Notes under the pieces: generated by a model | What the model saw: the letters and a program-made list of their open reading frames with translations, nothing else | What the model was told of the DNA's origin: nothing | Databases searched by the model: none | Shown here: positions 51,204 through 62,459 of the stretch, one piece after another | Layout: each line of letters opens with the position of its first letter | How positions within the stretch are numbered: position 1 is the stretch's first letter | Made by a program: the position numbers and the translations under genes | NCBI GenBank assembly: GCA_013239625.1 | Contig: MU057202.1 | Span: 3,485,101-3,549,100 of the forward strand | Direction of reading: 5' to 3' | Length of the DNA: 64,000 bases | Source: Lama guanicoe | Lineage: Eukaryota

Positions 51204-52079
51204 GGGGCACCCAGGTCGGCCTGCAACCTTCCCTCCTGGGGAGGGCCCTCCTCCTTCTGGTCATGCCCCTGGCCTTGGACGGCAGCCTTCTCGGGATAAC
51301 CGCACCGTCTCATCAGCTGCTGCCTGCTTTCTGGGCATCGAACGAGCAGATTCCAAGAGCCCTCTGCCATCAGTTAGTGCACGGCAGTTCCGGGTGGCCG
51401 AGGGCCAGGCGGGCGTTAGGAGATGAGCCCCCTTCCCCGCCGTCCCCCAGGCACCCGGGGGGTGACTACACTGGGTGACAGCCCTAACGAGTTAACCATG
51501 GTTGAGGTGACAGCCCCTTCTGGGATCAGGTGGCCCAGGTTCTAGTGCCGTTTGTTGTTTGTGAACGGGGCTCGTGAAGTGGAAGAGGACCCTCCGGGTC
51601 TGAGCCCACCCGTATTCTGCTCCACGCCGTTTCAGCTGGCTTCCCTGAGTCAGATACCCCAAAACCACCGTGAGTCCCTCTGTTCCCCCTTCTCCCCCAC
51701 CATCACTCCAGAGAGGGTCTCTGACCAGGAGGGAGGTGGCTCAGACCCCCTGAAAATGGGGTGGGGGGCTGTGAGGGTCGTCGGCCTAGGGCTGGGACTG
51801 GGATGTGCTCTATCTGCTTGTCTGTGGGTTTCCTTCCCTTCCTATGAGCACAGGATTCGTTTTTCAGATTACAGAACTGGGAGCATGTGTACAGACACAA
51901 GTCCCGGGTCTCCCCCACCCGGCCTGCCGCAGATGGGACTGGCGCACCGGGCGGGGGGCCCAGAAGTGCCGACAAGCAGGTGCTGGTTCTGACGCAGGCT
52001 GCCCCACACAGGGTTTCTCTCCACAGCCCAACCTCAAATCTTTGGTTGAGCTTTTAGTAGTGGTCTCTCCTGCCTGAGT

Positions 52080-52500
52080 CATGGCTGAGGCAGGGACTGC
52101 ATGTTGCCAACCCAACATCCATTCTTCCTTGCTTCTTTTCTAACAGAACCCTGGTGTGTTGGGGACAATGACCAGACAAAAGACACTTCCTCCCTCCCAA
52201 GGGCAGGCAGTTACGGCATGTAAATGGGCGGTGTTGGGAGGCACTGGAGAGAGATTTAAAAAGGGGATTCAGCTGGCAGTTCCTTCATCTTTTCCCTGCT
52301 ACAAGGGCCAACGCGGACCCCAGATCACAAGGGGAGTGTAAGCCTGGCCTGAGTGAGGAAGTCGAAGACTGGATGGAGAGCCAAGAGGCCCGTCCTCTCA
52401 TCCTCCCCAGAGAACACTGTCTTCGCGGGTGCTGGAGAGGGGACGCTGGGACTGGGGACCATCCACCTGTGGCTTGGAGCCCAGAGCAGCTGTGTTCGTG
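52080..52500. mobile_element. Degenerate MLT1-like LTR
   Basis: CCAACATCCATTCTTCC..TTCTAACAGAACCC resembles the starts of older MLT1 subfamilies. Confidence 0.4.
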
Positions 52501-53080
52501 GCTTAAAAAACTGATAATCAAAAAATTACAAGGCGAAGAGAGTTGCTTCAGAAAAGGCCAGGGAGGGACTCGCTAGCTAGTAGTCATTTAAGGCCAGAAC
52601 CTGGTGGCCTGCAGTCCTCACCCCACGTCTTTCCCAGCCCTGAATGCAGTTAGAGGACAGAGCGCAACATTGTACCTTCAGGGAGGAAGCTGACGTGTCT
52701 GTGTCAGAGGGGACGACAGTCACGGTGCCAGCATGGAGAACGCCTCTGCTTCCCAGTCTGAGGAGGGCCAGGCCTGTGCCAGGTGCCCGGGGACACACGG
52801 AGCAGGCAGGGTCTGTGTCACTCGCAAGGGAGGAGCATGTGCCAGCAGACCTGGGGTGAAGACCCAGTGAAGCTTGCCCCTGCAGCACGGGTCTGGCGGG
52901 GCTGCCGCAGGCCCCGCGCTGTCGGCTGGCTGTGAGTGGGCCGTGCTTGGAGCTGGGGCTCAGGCCCTTGCCACACCCCATCACCTGCCTTCTTTGCAGA
53001 GTCTGCCCCTGGGGAAACCGCGTGCCAGCGAGGGGAAGTAAGGAGGCTCTGTTGCCATATGCTTTTAAAAAATATTCAAG

Positions 53081-53086
53081 TTTAAT
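53081..53086 (-). terminator. PABPN1L: PABPN1L poly(A) signal ATTAAA
   Basis: TTTAAT on the plus strand in an AT-rich patch 300 nt after the stop, with a U-rich element downstream on the minus strand. Confidence 0.7.
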
Positions 53087-53386
53087 AATTTATGCTTTAC
53101 CACTAAGACACATAGTTCTACTTTCCTATAAAAGGCAGCCCGGCGCCGACCCCGTGCCGCCTGGGCGTCACCTGCCTCAGCTTGGCCCGGTGCCCCGCAG
53201 AGCCCCGACTAGCACCCGAAGCACTAGCTTCGGGAGCGGAGGCTTGGGTCCCGGGCTGCGGCCCGTGCTGCGGCCCAGTGAAGGGGCCGGGGCAGTTATT
53301 CTGCGCGGAGTAGCCAGCCCCACGTGCAGCACCGCTGTCCTCTCCCGACCCAGCCCCAGCCCCGCTCTCCCAGTCGGGTCCTCCCT

Positions 53387-56003
53387 TCAGTACGGCGAGC
53401 ACCACGGCGAGAACCTTCCGCGCCCCCTGCACGGAGAGAGACGGAGGGGAGGGGCCTCCAGGCCCGCCCCCCGGGGCCCCGCCCCCGGGCCCCGCCCGCC
53501 TACCGGTTCCGCCCTCGTGGTCTGAAAGGGGCCCCGCCCTGGAGGCTGCTGTGGGTGAAGGGTGGCCCCCGGGCGCCTGGGTGCCCCCGAAGGCCTCCGC
53601 GGTCCGTGGAGCTGATCCCTGGCAAGTTGGTCCTTTTGGGCAGCACCTGGAAGCAAAGGACGAGTCTGCCCGAGACCCCTGTTCTCACACCCTCCTCCCC
53701 AGCCCAGGGCAGCGTTCTGGGCTAAAGCTGCCTCCAGGAAGCCGTCCTGGGTTTCTCTATGGAAGACTCACAGACAAGTGAGCACAGGCCCCAGCGCCCA
53801 CCAGGCCCCGGCGGTCCCAAGGCATGGGGCTGCCCGAGGCATCAGACCCTCACCTGTTCCCAGCCATCTCAAGATCCCCACTTAGGCCCAAACAGTCCAG
53901 CCACAGCCGTGGTCATGTGACGTGCCTCTGTCAAGCCATTTCCTCCTGCAGGGGGCAGTCTGGTTCGGGAAGGAAGCCTCCCCAGAGCTACACCCAGGCC
54001 AAACCCACACTGGAGATTGGAGAAGTGTCAGGCTGGGGCAGTTGTGTGTCCTTGGTTGGTGCCTCAGCCTCTTCGTGCCTGCCTCTCCCGGCCCCTTGGG
54101 GATTAATGGGTTAACAAAGATGCTCAGGCAGAGCCTCCCACCCCACGACGTGCGGTGACTGGTGGGGGACACACACCTTGATGACCCGGCCTCGGAAGAC
54201 ACTCTTGTCTAGTTCCACGGCAGCCTGGGCTGAGCTCTCGGTGGCAAACTCTATGTAGGCATAGCTGCAGAGGGGCGGGGCAGGGCAGGTAAGGGCTCAC
54301 CTGCACGGCTCTATCTCCTGGCCCCCCACCCCTCCCTGAGGCCCCTTCCCTGAGGGCCCCTGCACTGACCCCTTGGGGTGTCCGGAGAACTTGTCGCACA
54401 GGATGGTGACCCGGTGGATCTCCCCACAGTGGTTGAAATGGGCCTCCAGCTCCTGGGCTGTGCCCCCGTAGTCCACCTACAGGCACAGGCCCTGGTGTGG
54501 GGGGCCTCACCCTCCCGGGGGCTTCCGCACGTTTTCTTGGTAGAGAGGGGTTGATGGGGCCCCGAGGCCTCTGCTCCCCACCCCCACCAGGGGCCAACTG
54601 GGTACCCAGATGAATGCTCCCCAAGTTTATTGCCCTGTGCAAAGGGCCTGTGGTTTTTTAAAGTAGAACTCGTTGATCAGCCAACTGGGAGATTCATGTG
54701 GAAATCCCGAATCCCAGTCCTTGGTGGGAAATCAGGCCTGACTACAGCAGGCCCACGCTCCCTCCTGGGGACGGCCCCCTCGTTGGACCCGCCCTCCTGA
54801 TTTTCTCTTCCAGGCCTGTGTGGCTTTTGAGTTTGCTGCCTATACGTGTCCCTTCTTCTCATCCTCAGAGCCACGAGGAAGCTGTAGACCCCGTCTCGCT
54901 CCCCTTCCCCACTCACGTTGCCCACGTAGACGGATCTGTGGTCGGCCTCCGTCTTCTCTGCCGGGGTGTCTGTTGGGAGAGGGGCCTCAGGACCGCAGGG
55001 CTTGCCCTGGGCAGGGGCTCAGTCCTCAGCCCTCGGGAGAGACAGTTGCCCTTGGGGGCCTGTCTAGAAGGACCCATGCCAGGCCTGGCCTCTCCCCAGG
55101 AGACAGCACTGTTCTGCAGCAGCTTGCGGCCACCCCAATTTACAAGCAGAGGGGGCCAGAGCCGCCTGCCAGAGGACTGGGGGCCACCTGCCCGGGGAAG
55201 GGGTTGGCCTGGATGGCCGGCTCCTACCTGGCTCAGGGCTCAGCGGCTGCCGGACTGGCCCAGCCCCGGGGCCCTCCTCTTCCCTCTCCTGGCCCTGCAC
55301 CCCAGGTGGCTCCTGCCCCTGGGCCTGCTCCATGGCCCACAGCTTCAGTCTGATGGCTTCCAGCTCCTGCCAGCAGAGGCCCAGGCTGAGCCCTGAGGCA
55401 CGACGGCCCCAGGCTCCTCTGGAGGGAGGGCAGAGGGGAGTGGGCCTGACCCTGCCGTTCTGAGGGTCGTGCTGGGGGCTCCTCGAAGGGGAGAGGGAAG
55501 GCCAGGTGGGCCCGCAGAGAAGCCCTTGTAACCCACCCCCAACACAGAGGCCCCCTCCAGACCAGAGAAGCTGCCCTGCCCCTCCCCCCAGCCTGTGCAG
55601 GTGTGGGCGTCCCTACTCCCTCTTCCGGACAAGGGGACATTGGCTCTCTCACATTTGGGGTACGAGCTCTGCCATCCGTACCCCCGCCCCCGAACCCTGG
55701 GACTCCTAAGATCCCAGCCAGCCTCTGCCCGGCGCTCCACGTGGCTGTTACCTGGTCACGTCCCGGACACTCGGCCAGGTCCGCCCTCTCCAACAGAGAC
55801 AGCAGGATGCCGGCATCCTCCGCGTCCTCTCCCTCCGCTTCCCCTGTCTTCCTTTCCTTCCCGCCCCCACCCCCTGAGCCCAGAGGGGTCTTCTCTGTCC
55901 GGCTCCAGGCCCCCCAGCCCTGGGCCTCAGGGTCTGAGGAAGCTTTCTGGAGCCAGGCCTCACTGGGGGGTGGGAAGAGAGCACGGCTGAGGAAGGGCCA
56001 CAT
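53387..56003 (-). CDS. PABPN1L: Poly(A)-binding protein nuclear 1-like / embryonic PABP2 (about 273 aa)
   Basis: complement(join(55752..56003,55228..55366,54917..54969,54370..54476,54177..54264,53504..53646,53387..53426)) = 822 nt. Begins [13 protein letters not shown], coiled coil [16 protein letters not shown] with RNP2 SVYVGN and RNP1 KGYAYIEF, ends PWCSPY*. The exon 3 acceptor is the least certain boundary. Confidence 0.92.
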
Positions 56004-59000
56004 GGTGATGGGGGAGGAGGGCAGGCAGGTCCTCTGTGCTCCCACCTCCACGCCAGCACCTGCCCGCCCGCCGGAGTTTTAAGCCCTCCCCCAGGCCAGC
56101 TGCTCCCACTAGAGCACCTCAGAGCTTCCCGGCTAGGGCCGGGCCTCCACCCTGACTTCTGGGCCCGAGGCTTCAGAGGCCAGACCCCTACCCCGGGCTC
56201 CTCCTCCTCACGGGGCAGGCCCCCCCCAGAACACTCAAAGTGGAGAGGGACAGCTGGGGTGGAGCCTCACTTGCCACAACTCCGGAGCTAGGAAGCTACT
56301 GGGGTCGCCGGTCCATGTCCCTCACTCAGCACCGCACCTCCAGTGGGCAGCCCCAGTTAGGATGACACAGGCGCAAGCGAATGACCTGAGTGTGCGGAAG
56401 TGGGAAGGGGGCCCATGGGGTCAGAGCAGGCTTCCTGGAGGGGGTGGCATTTGAGACAGCCTTCACAGATTGGGTCAGGCAGAGCCCAGGTGGCCTGGGG
56501 CCTGGAGGGGAGACAGACGCCTCTGTCCCTCCTCCTGACCTCTCATTGATTCCCCATGGCCCCTTTCCTCCCCACCCCCATTCTGGGCCAGCTTTTGGGT
56601 GGGAACCACTTAAATGCATCCAGAATCCTGCCGGGGCGCAGGGCAGGATGGTGAACTCTGTGCAGATCCCGCGGATCCTGGGGGCGGAGGGCAGTCTGTG
56701 AAGGCCCGGCCTCTGCCCCTTGCTCTCCCGCGGGCAGCTGCAGGCCGTTGTCCCGGGGCGCTCTGGGCTCCATCTGTCCTCCCTGAGCAGCTGCTCTGGC
56801 TTCCTCTCGCCCCGGCTTGATCTTGGGAGAGCTCCTTCTGTGTCTTCGTCCTCCTGATGTGTTTCTGGGGACCCCTCTGGGCGGGTTTGCCCCCCTCCCC
56901 AGCCCACAGCCTGCCCGCGGGGCCCTAACTGGTGGGTCCCAGTCAGTCCAGTCGGGGTCTCTTCCTGGGAACGTGGAATTGGGGAAGGGAATGGTTGCAG
57001 ACTGTGACCCCCGGGCGCCGTGCACCCTGGAAGGAAGTGGGGGGCACTGCAGCTGTCTTTCTTCTCTGACTCTGTTCTCACCTCTGCAAAGGCTGAACTA
57101 AGACTGCATAGTGCCCCCTACCCGACCCCGGGCCCTGAGGAAAGGTGGTCTGTGGGCAGTCTCCCGGCCTGTAGGCATGGCCTACCTGCTGCCCACCCCC
57201 TTGCTGGGACACCCCCTCTTCTCCTGTGTCCACAGAGCTGTAGGTACTTGCATATACGAGCAGCCTCCAGGGGGCGCCATTGCCACTGTGCCGCTGCGAC
57301 CAGGAAGCCTTCCTGATTGCTCCTTCTCCCTCTTGTGGCCACGGCACCTGGGCCTTACCCTCTGTCTGTCCCACATAAGTTACACGTCCCTAGGTCTCCC
57401 CAGCCGGCCAGAGTGCCTGAAGGGCAGTGTCCACGTCTGCACCGAGGACAGAGCCTCGGCCCGGGGCTGGCTGGATGAGGCTGGAAGTGCAGCCGTGCAG
57501 GTCTTTGCCCTGGAACGTGGGGCAGTCAGGTCCCCTCCCCACCGTGGGCTACGGCCCCATGGAGGGCTCTGGCCGGGGCCCTTCCTCTACCTCCTCGTGG
57601 AGGGCAGGACACCATGGCAGCTGTGTCCAAGCCAAGAGCCGGCTGGACTCCGGCCCAGCCCAGCCAGCCTCCCTCTGAGCTCAGACCTCCGCAATGGAAA
57701 ATCATGGTCATCCTCTCCTGTGCCGAGACTGCTGACACACCAGGCCCGGATGGGGCTCCCGCCAGCGCCTGGCGTGGGGATGGCCTCGCCCCCATACTGG
57801 CCTTTCCAGTGACGTCTTTCAAAATACACCATGTTCCAGGCTGGGCCCGAGTATTAATAACATGCCTTCCTCCCAGGGGCCGCCAGTGAGCCCAGAGCCC
57901 AAGCCCTGGGCACCTGCTCTGGGCAGGACTATCCTGTGAGCTGGGACACCATGACTGTGACACTGTGGCTCCTTAGGGTCAAAGTGTCCCTTCCCTTGGT
58001 GCTCACCCTCAGTGTCTTGCGCGAGGTGCCCACACGGCCACAGGCAGGGAGGCTCAGGGCCCCTGAAGCCATGGGTGTCATCTGGGGTCCAAGGTCGTCC
58101 AGACCACATGGAGGACACAGTCTTCACCCCACTTGGTGAGCGCTCAGGAGGCTGTGGGGCCTGCGCACCCTCAGCACGACGTCACTTTGTCCATCCACCG
58201 CCATGGGGCAGGGTCTTGTCTCTCTTCCCTGGCACTGAGAAGGCCCCCAACACAAATCTGGTGAATAAATATGGGAAACGGACTTAGAGTGAGTCTCCGG
58301 GAACCCAAGGAGAGGCAGAGCCCCGAGATGGACAAGGGCGGCTTTATTACATGCACAGAATCCATGTGACCCTAGTGGCACCATCTCCCGGTGCTCAGAT
58401 CAAACAGAGACATCAGAGGACACGGGGGCGGCCGCCAGGACCCTGCACAGCCCAGGAGGACGACCCAGTGTTCTCAGCCCAACTCGCTTTGGGGAATTAA
58501 AACATAAAATAAAGGGAAAAAGAAAGAAGTGGAGAATCAACCCATCCCCACGAGGCTGCGTGGGGCTGGGCCCCGGCCCCCTTGGCCGGCGGAGGGGCCG
58601 AAGGCTGGCCTGGCTGGGTCCCATCCTTCACTCTGGCATCGAAAGCCAGACTCCAGCTGAGGCCCAACGCTGCGTGGCCGCTGTGACCGGCCTTCTGGGA
58701 GGCACTCCAGGGGCAGGCTGCATTGAAGCGAAAAGAGCAGAAAGCAAGCAGACGGGCTTCTCTGGAACGCTGGGGGACCTGTGCAGGTTGCTGTCACAGA
58801 CGGCTGGCTCCCCGGGCTTGTCCGCGAGGCGTCCTGAGGAGCAGGCGCATCCCTGGTCTGGCTCCCTGCGGCCTCTGCTCCCTTCCACTTTCTCCTCCTG
58901 TAATCCAGTGGCAGCCTCCCAGCCCTTCTGGAAGGTGCCCTGTGTGTCCTGGGAGCCCAGAGACAGGTGTAGCAGGCCGCTGGGACCACAGCTGGGCCGG

Positions 59001-59679
59001 GGCCTCAAGGTCACAGAAACATCGGCTGCCATCAGCTGAATTCAGCCTGCGCGGGTCTGTGTCTGCACCTACCCGGAGCTCTGAGGGCGAGTTTCCAGCG
59101 TCTGGGACCCCAGGGTGGAAGATGGGAGTGGGAGTGAGGCAAAGCCACTCCTGAGCACCTGGGAGAAGATGGGGTCCAGAAGCACTGGCGTCCGGGGAGG
59201 CCAGTGCTGGGCTCTTTCTTCCCCCTCCCTCCCTGGGGACACCTCCTCCAGGCAGTGACCCCTGGTGACAAGGAGAGGAACTGGCGGCCTCGCCGGCGTT
59301 GCCGGGGTCTTGCCAGGCAGCGTGCTCTCCCTGACTGGTGGCCCCGGTCACAGGGCCCCTGAGCAGCTGTATGGGCTGCCTCCCAGCGCCTCCTCTGGTC
59401 CATGGCCACCACACTTGCCAGGCAGGCCCAGACTGGCCGGAGCTGTTGCTGGGACGTTGGCCTGATCTGCCCACAATGCCTGCAGCAGCCCACCTCTGTC
59501 CCTGGAGAGGGCCTAGGCTGACCAGTGGCTGGGGCACTGGCAGGGGAGGCTGAGTTATGGGGGCTCGAAAGCACCCCTGCAGCTCTGCATCACTCAGGGA
59601 GCTGGTGTTGCTACTCTGCGTTCAGTAGATGAAGGGTGGAGCGGGGATGGACTCAAGCATGGCTGTGTGTGGGTTAGAC

Positions 59680-59860
59680 CAGAAAATGGGTGGACAGACA
59701 CACACCCGGTGTGCAGAGGAGTGGAAGGAGGAGAGAGGTGGACGGTGCAAGGATACATGGGAGGTTAAGTGACAGCTGGGGTAGAGTAGTGGGTGGACGG
59801 ATCGGTGGACGGATGGATGGAAGATGGCTGGATGGGTGGACAGGTGAATGGCTTGGTCAG
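59680..59860 (+). repeat. Degenerate (GGAT/GGAC)n low-complexity repeat
   Basis: GGGTGGACGGATCGGTGGACGGATGGATGGAAGATGGCTGGATGGGTGGAC. Confidence 0.6.
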
Positions 59861-61999
59861 GATACACTGACAAAAGAAAAGGATCAGTAAGTAATTGCAG
59901 GTGGGCCGAAAGGTCGGGCAGAATAATACCCAGACCCCTGTGCTGCAATGAGCCAGGACAGGCGAGGTGGGCAGATGCCGGGGACTGGACTTCAGCGCCA
60001 TTCTGAGGATGCACTTGGAAAAATGGGCAAACAGGAGGCCGTCAGGGTCTGCCCGGGCCCCCTCCCGGGTGTCACGGGGACGCAGCCAGCAGCAGCGCCC
60101 CTCTCCCGTCTGTCTCCCTCAGCCACTGGCCTCTCTGGCCCTGATGAGCGACCCCCACCTGCTGAGCCACAGGGTGGCCCCTTCCCAGGAGGACGGTTCC
60201 TCTTGTCCTACGGCCCTTCCCCTCCTGGACCCTAAGGCTTTCTCCAGCTCCCCTCTCTGCCCTGGCAACACCCAAGGCTTCGCTTTGGTCCTGGCGAGCC
60301 GTGAAGATAGGGTCCCTCATTATTCAGACGGGGTCTGGGGTGTGCCAGCCTGTCCACAGCGGGAATAGGAGACACTGGTCTTTGCCCACAGAACAGGACA
60401 CACCCCAGACACCGCCTGGGGATGGCGACACGTCCTCAGAGAAAGGTCAGAGAGAGGAGGGGGAGGGAAGGGTCGGAGGGTCTCGCACACCAGGGGGCTT
60501 TCCCCACGGGGACGAAGACCCCGGCGCCAGCATCCCGTCCCCGCCTGTCATCAGCCTGGCTTGGGCCAGTGGGCTGGGAGCCCTGGCTGCTGCCTGCCTC
60601 CCTTGGCCTTCCTGTCCTGGCTTTGGCCTCGGAGCAGGAGGAGAAGCTGCCACACTCCGCAGAGCTTTGGGGTAACCAGTGTGTCCAATCTCAGCAGCCC
60701 ACGAGGAGGAGACACTCGCGCACGCATCGACAGTCGACAAGCCCGAGCGGGAGCAGGACAGGATGGTCTCCAAGCAGAGAGAGGAGGCTGGGCCCCTTTC
60801 TGTCCAGACCCCTCTTGGCATGAGAGAGGCAGGTCCTCCAGGGGCCGAAAGCAGGTGAAACATGGACTTAGATACTTCCCGCCACTAGTCCAACCCTGGA
60901 TGCAAGAGATCTGCCTGCCCCGCCCTCCCACCAAAGCTACTCATTGTTTGCTTCTGCTGTGAGGTCTTGGGCCACACGGGGGCTGAGCATTAAAGGGACC
61001 CTGGGTGGGGGCGGGGGGGAGCACCTGCTTCGTCTGACCCAGACCGTACCTGCCGCCCGCGCTGACACGGTGCCCACTAGGTACCCCCTCCCACCCACTC
61101 CGGGCCTCAGGGTCCTCACCGCAAGCCTCCTCACCACTACCCACGCTCGCCTCTGTGGATGCTCTCTGTGGGCAGAGGCTCTGTCTGCCCGCCCTGGCCA
61201 GCCCCTCGTGCCAGGCTGTTGCAGCCCTGGTTGGTGGCAGGTCCTGGTGGACAAGAGAGGGATGTGGGGCCCACACTGGAAAGGTGGCCTTTTACAGCTG
61301 CTCGAAAGTGATCTCTTCTCAACAGCTGGGGTGGGAGGCGCTGCCGGGCAGCTGACCCTCAGCCGGTGGGCTGGCCCTGCAGGCTGGGCTGGCCAGATGC
61401 CACCAGCTGGCTGCCATCCCTGGTGTGCTTGCTTGTCCCCAAAGAAGGGTCCGGCAAGGGGAAGAGAAGCAGAGGCCAGCAGCAGGGCCTCAGGTGGCAG
61501 GCTCCTCCCAGGCCTGGCTCAGGACAGCAGCCCTGCCCCAGGGTCGCAGCGTCAGGGCCTCACATCTCACCCAGACCCCAGCCTGCCCAGGGAAGCGCCT
61601 GTTCCGCGGCACAATCTTGTGGGAACAGAGTCAAAGGGGACGCAGGGCTACTTCACAGCACGTGCTGCCTCACGGCAGCCCGAATCCCACAAGGCCCCTG
61701 CTCTTCTGAAACCCACAGATGGAGCCTTGGTGGGGGGCTGAGGTGCCATGCGGGGGGATAGAGGCTGCCGGGGTGGCGGTCGGCGGGGGCTCCCGTCAGC
61801 CCAGGTTCGGACAGCACCTGCCCTGTGGCAGCTGGGTGGAGTCCTCCCTCTCGATTCTCAAAGGGTGACTTCCTACCACTCTGAACAACGACAGCGATCA
61901 GACAAAGCCAGCGCTCCTCGTGGGACCACCGTTCAGATTTCTTTGAAAACCTATCACCCTAACTCTACATACTTCCGTAGTTTCTCTTAATTTTTTTAA

Positions 62000-62428
62000 T
62001 TTGGCAAACATCTCTTCTTTATTACCCCCTCATGAACACGGTCATTTGGACCTCTGCAGGGACTATGTACATTCACATTCTCGTGTGCTACTGACTTCTT
62101 GCCTCGCGGCGGGGCCCCGGGTTTCAGTAGCTGGTCACCACTGCACTCCAGTCCTGGGGACTTCTCACAGCCACGCAGGGAAGCGCAGATCGGGGGCCGT
62201 GTCTGCCACTTGCTCTCCCACTGAGTACAGGTCAGAATTTCCTTATTCCCTCCTTGAGATCGCTGTGGGGAGGTGAGTGGGGCCGGGGCACAAGGCCAGA
62301 CTGGGGGGACTTCAGAGAGACACCCCCTGAGGAGCAGCTGGACAGAAACACGGGATTTTACGCAGGTGACCAAGTCTCCAGGAGGTGCAGGGAGGGCAGA
62401 CTGCGCGCGCGCGTGCGCGCGCACGTAC

Positions 62429-62459
<31 letters not shown>

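Noticed and set aside
56004-56051. Upstream in-frame extension of PABPN1L (MEVGAQ...)
   Set aside because: Starts at GTG. The ATG at 56003 has ACCATG context and matches the known MWPFLS N-terminus.
60944-61741. 265-aa plus-strand ORF
   Set aside because: Non-ATG start, low-complexity composition and no recognisable homology.
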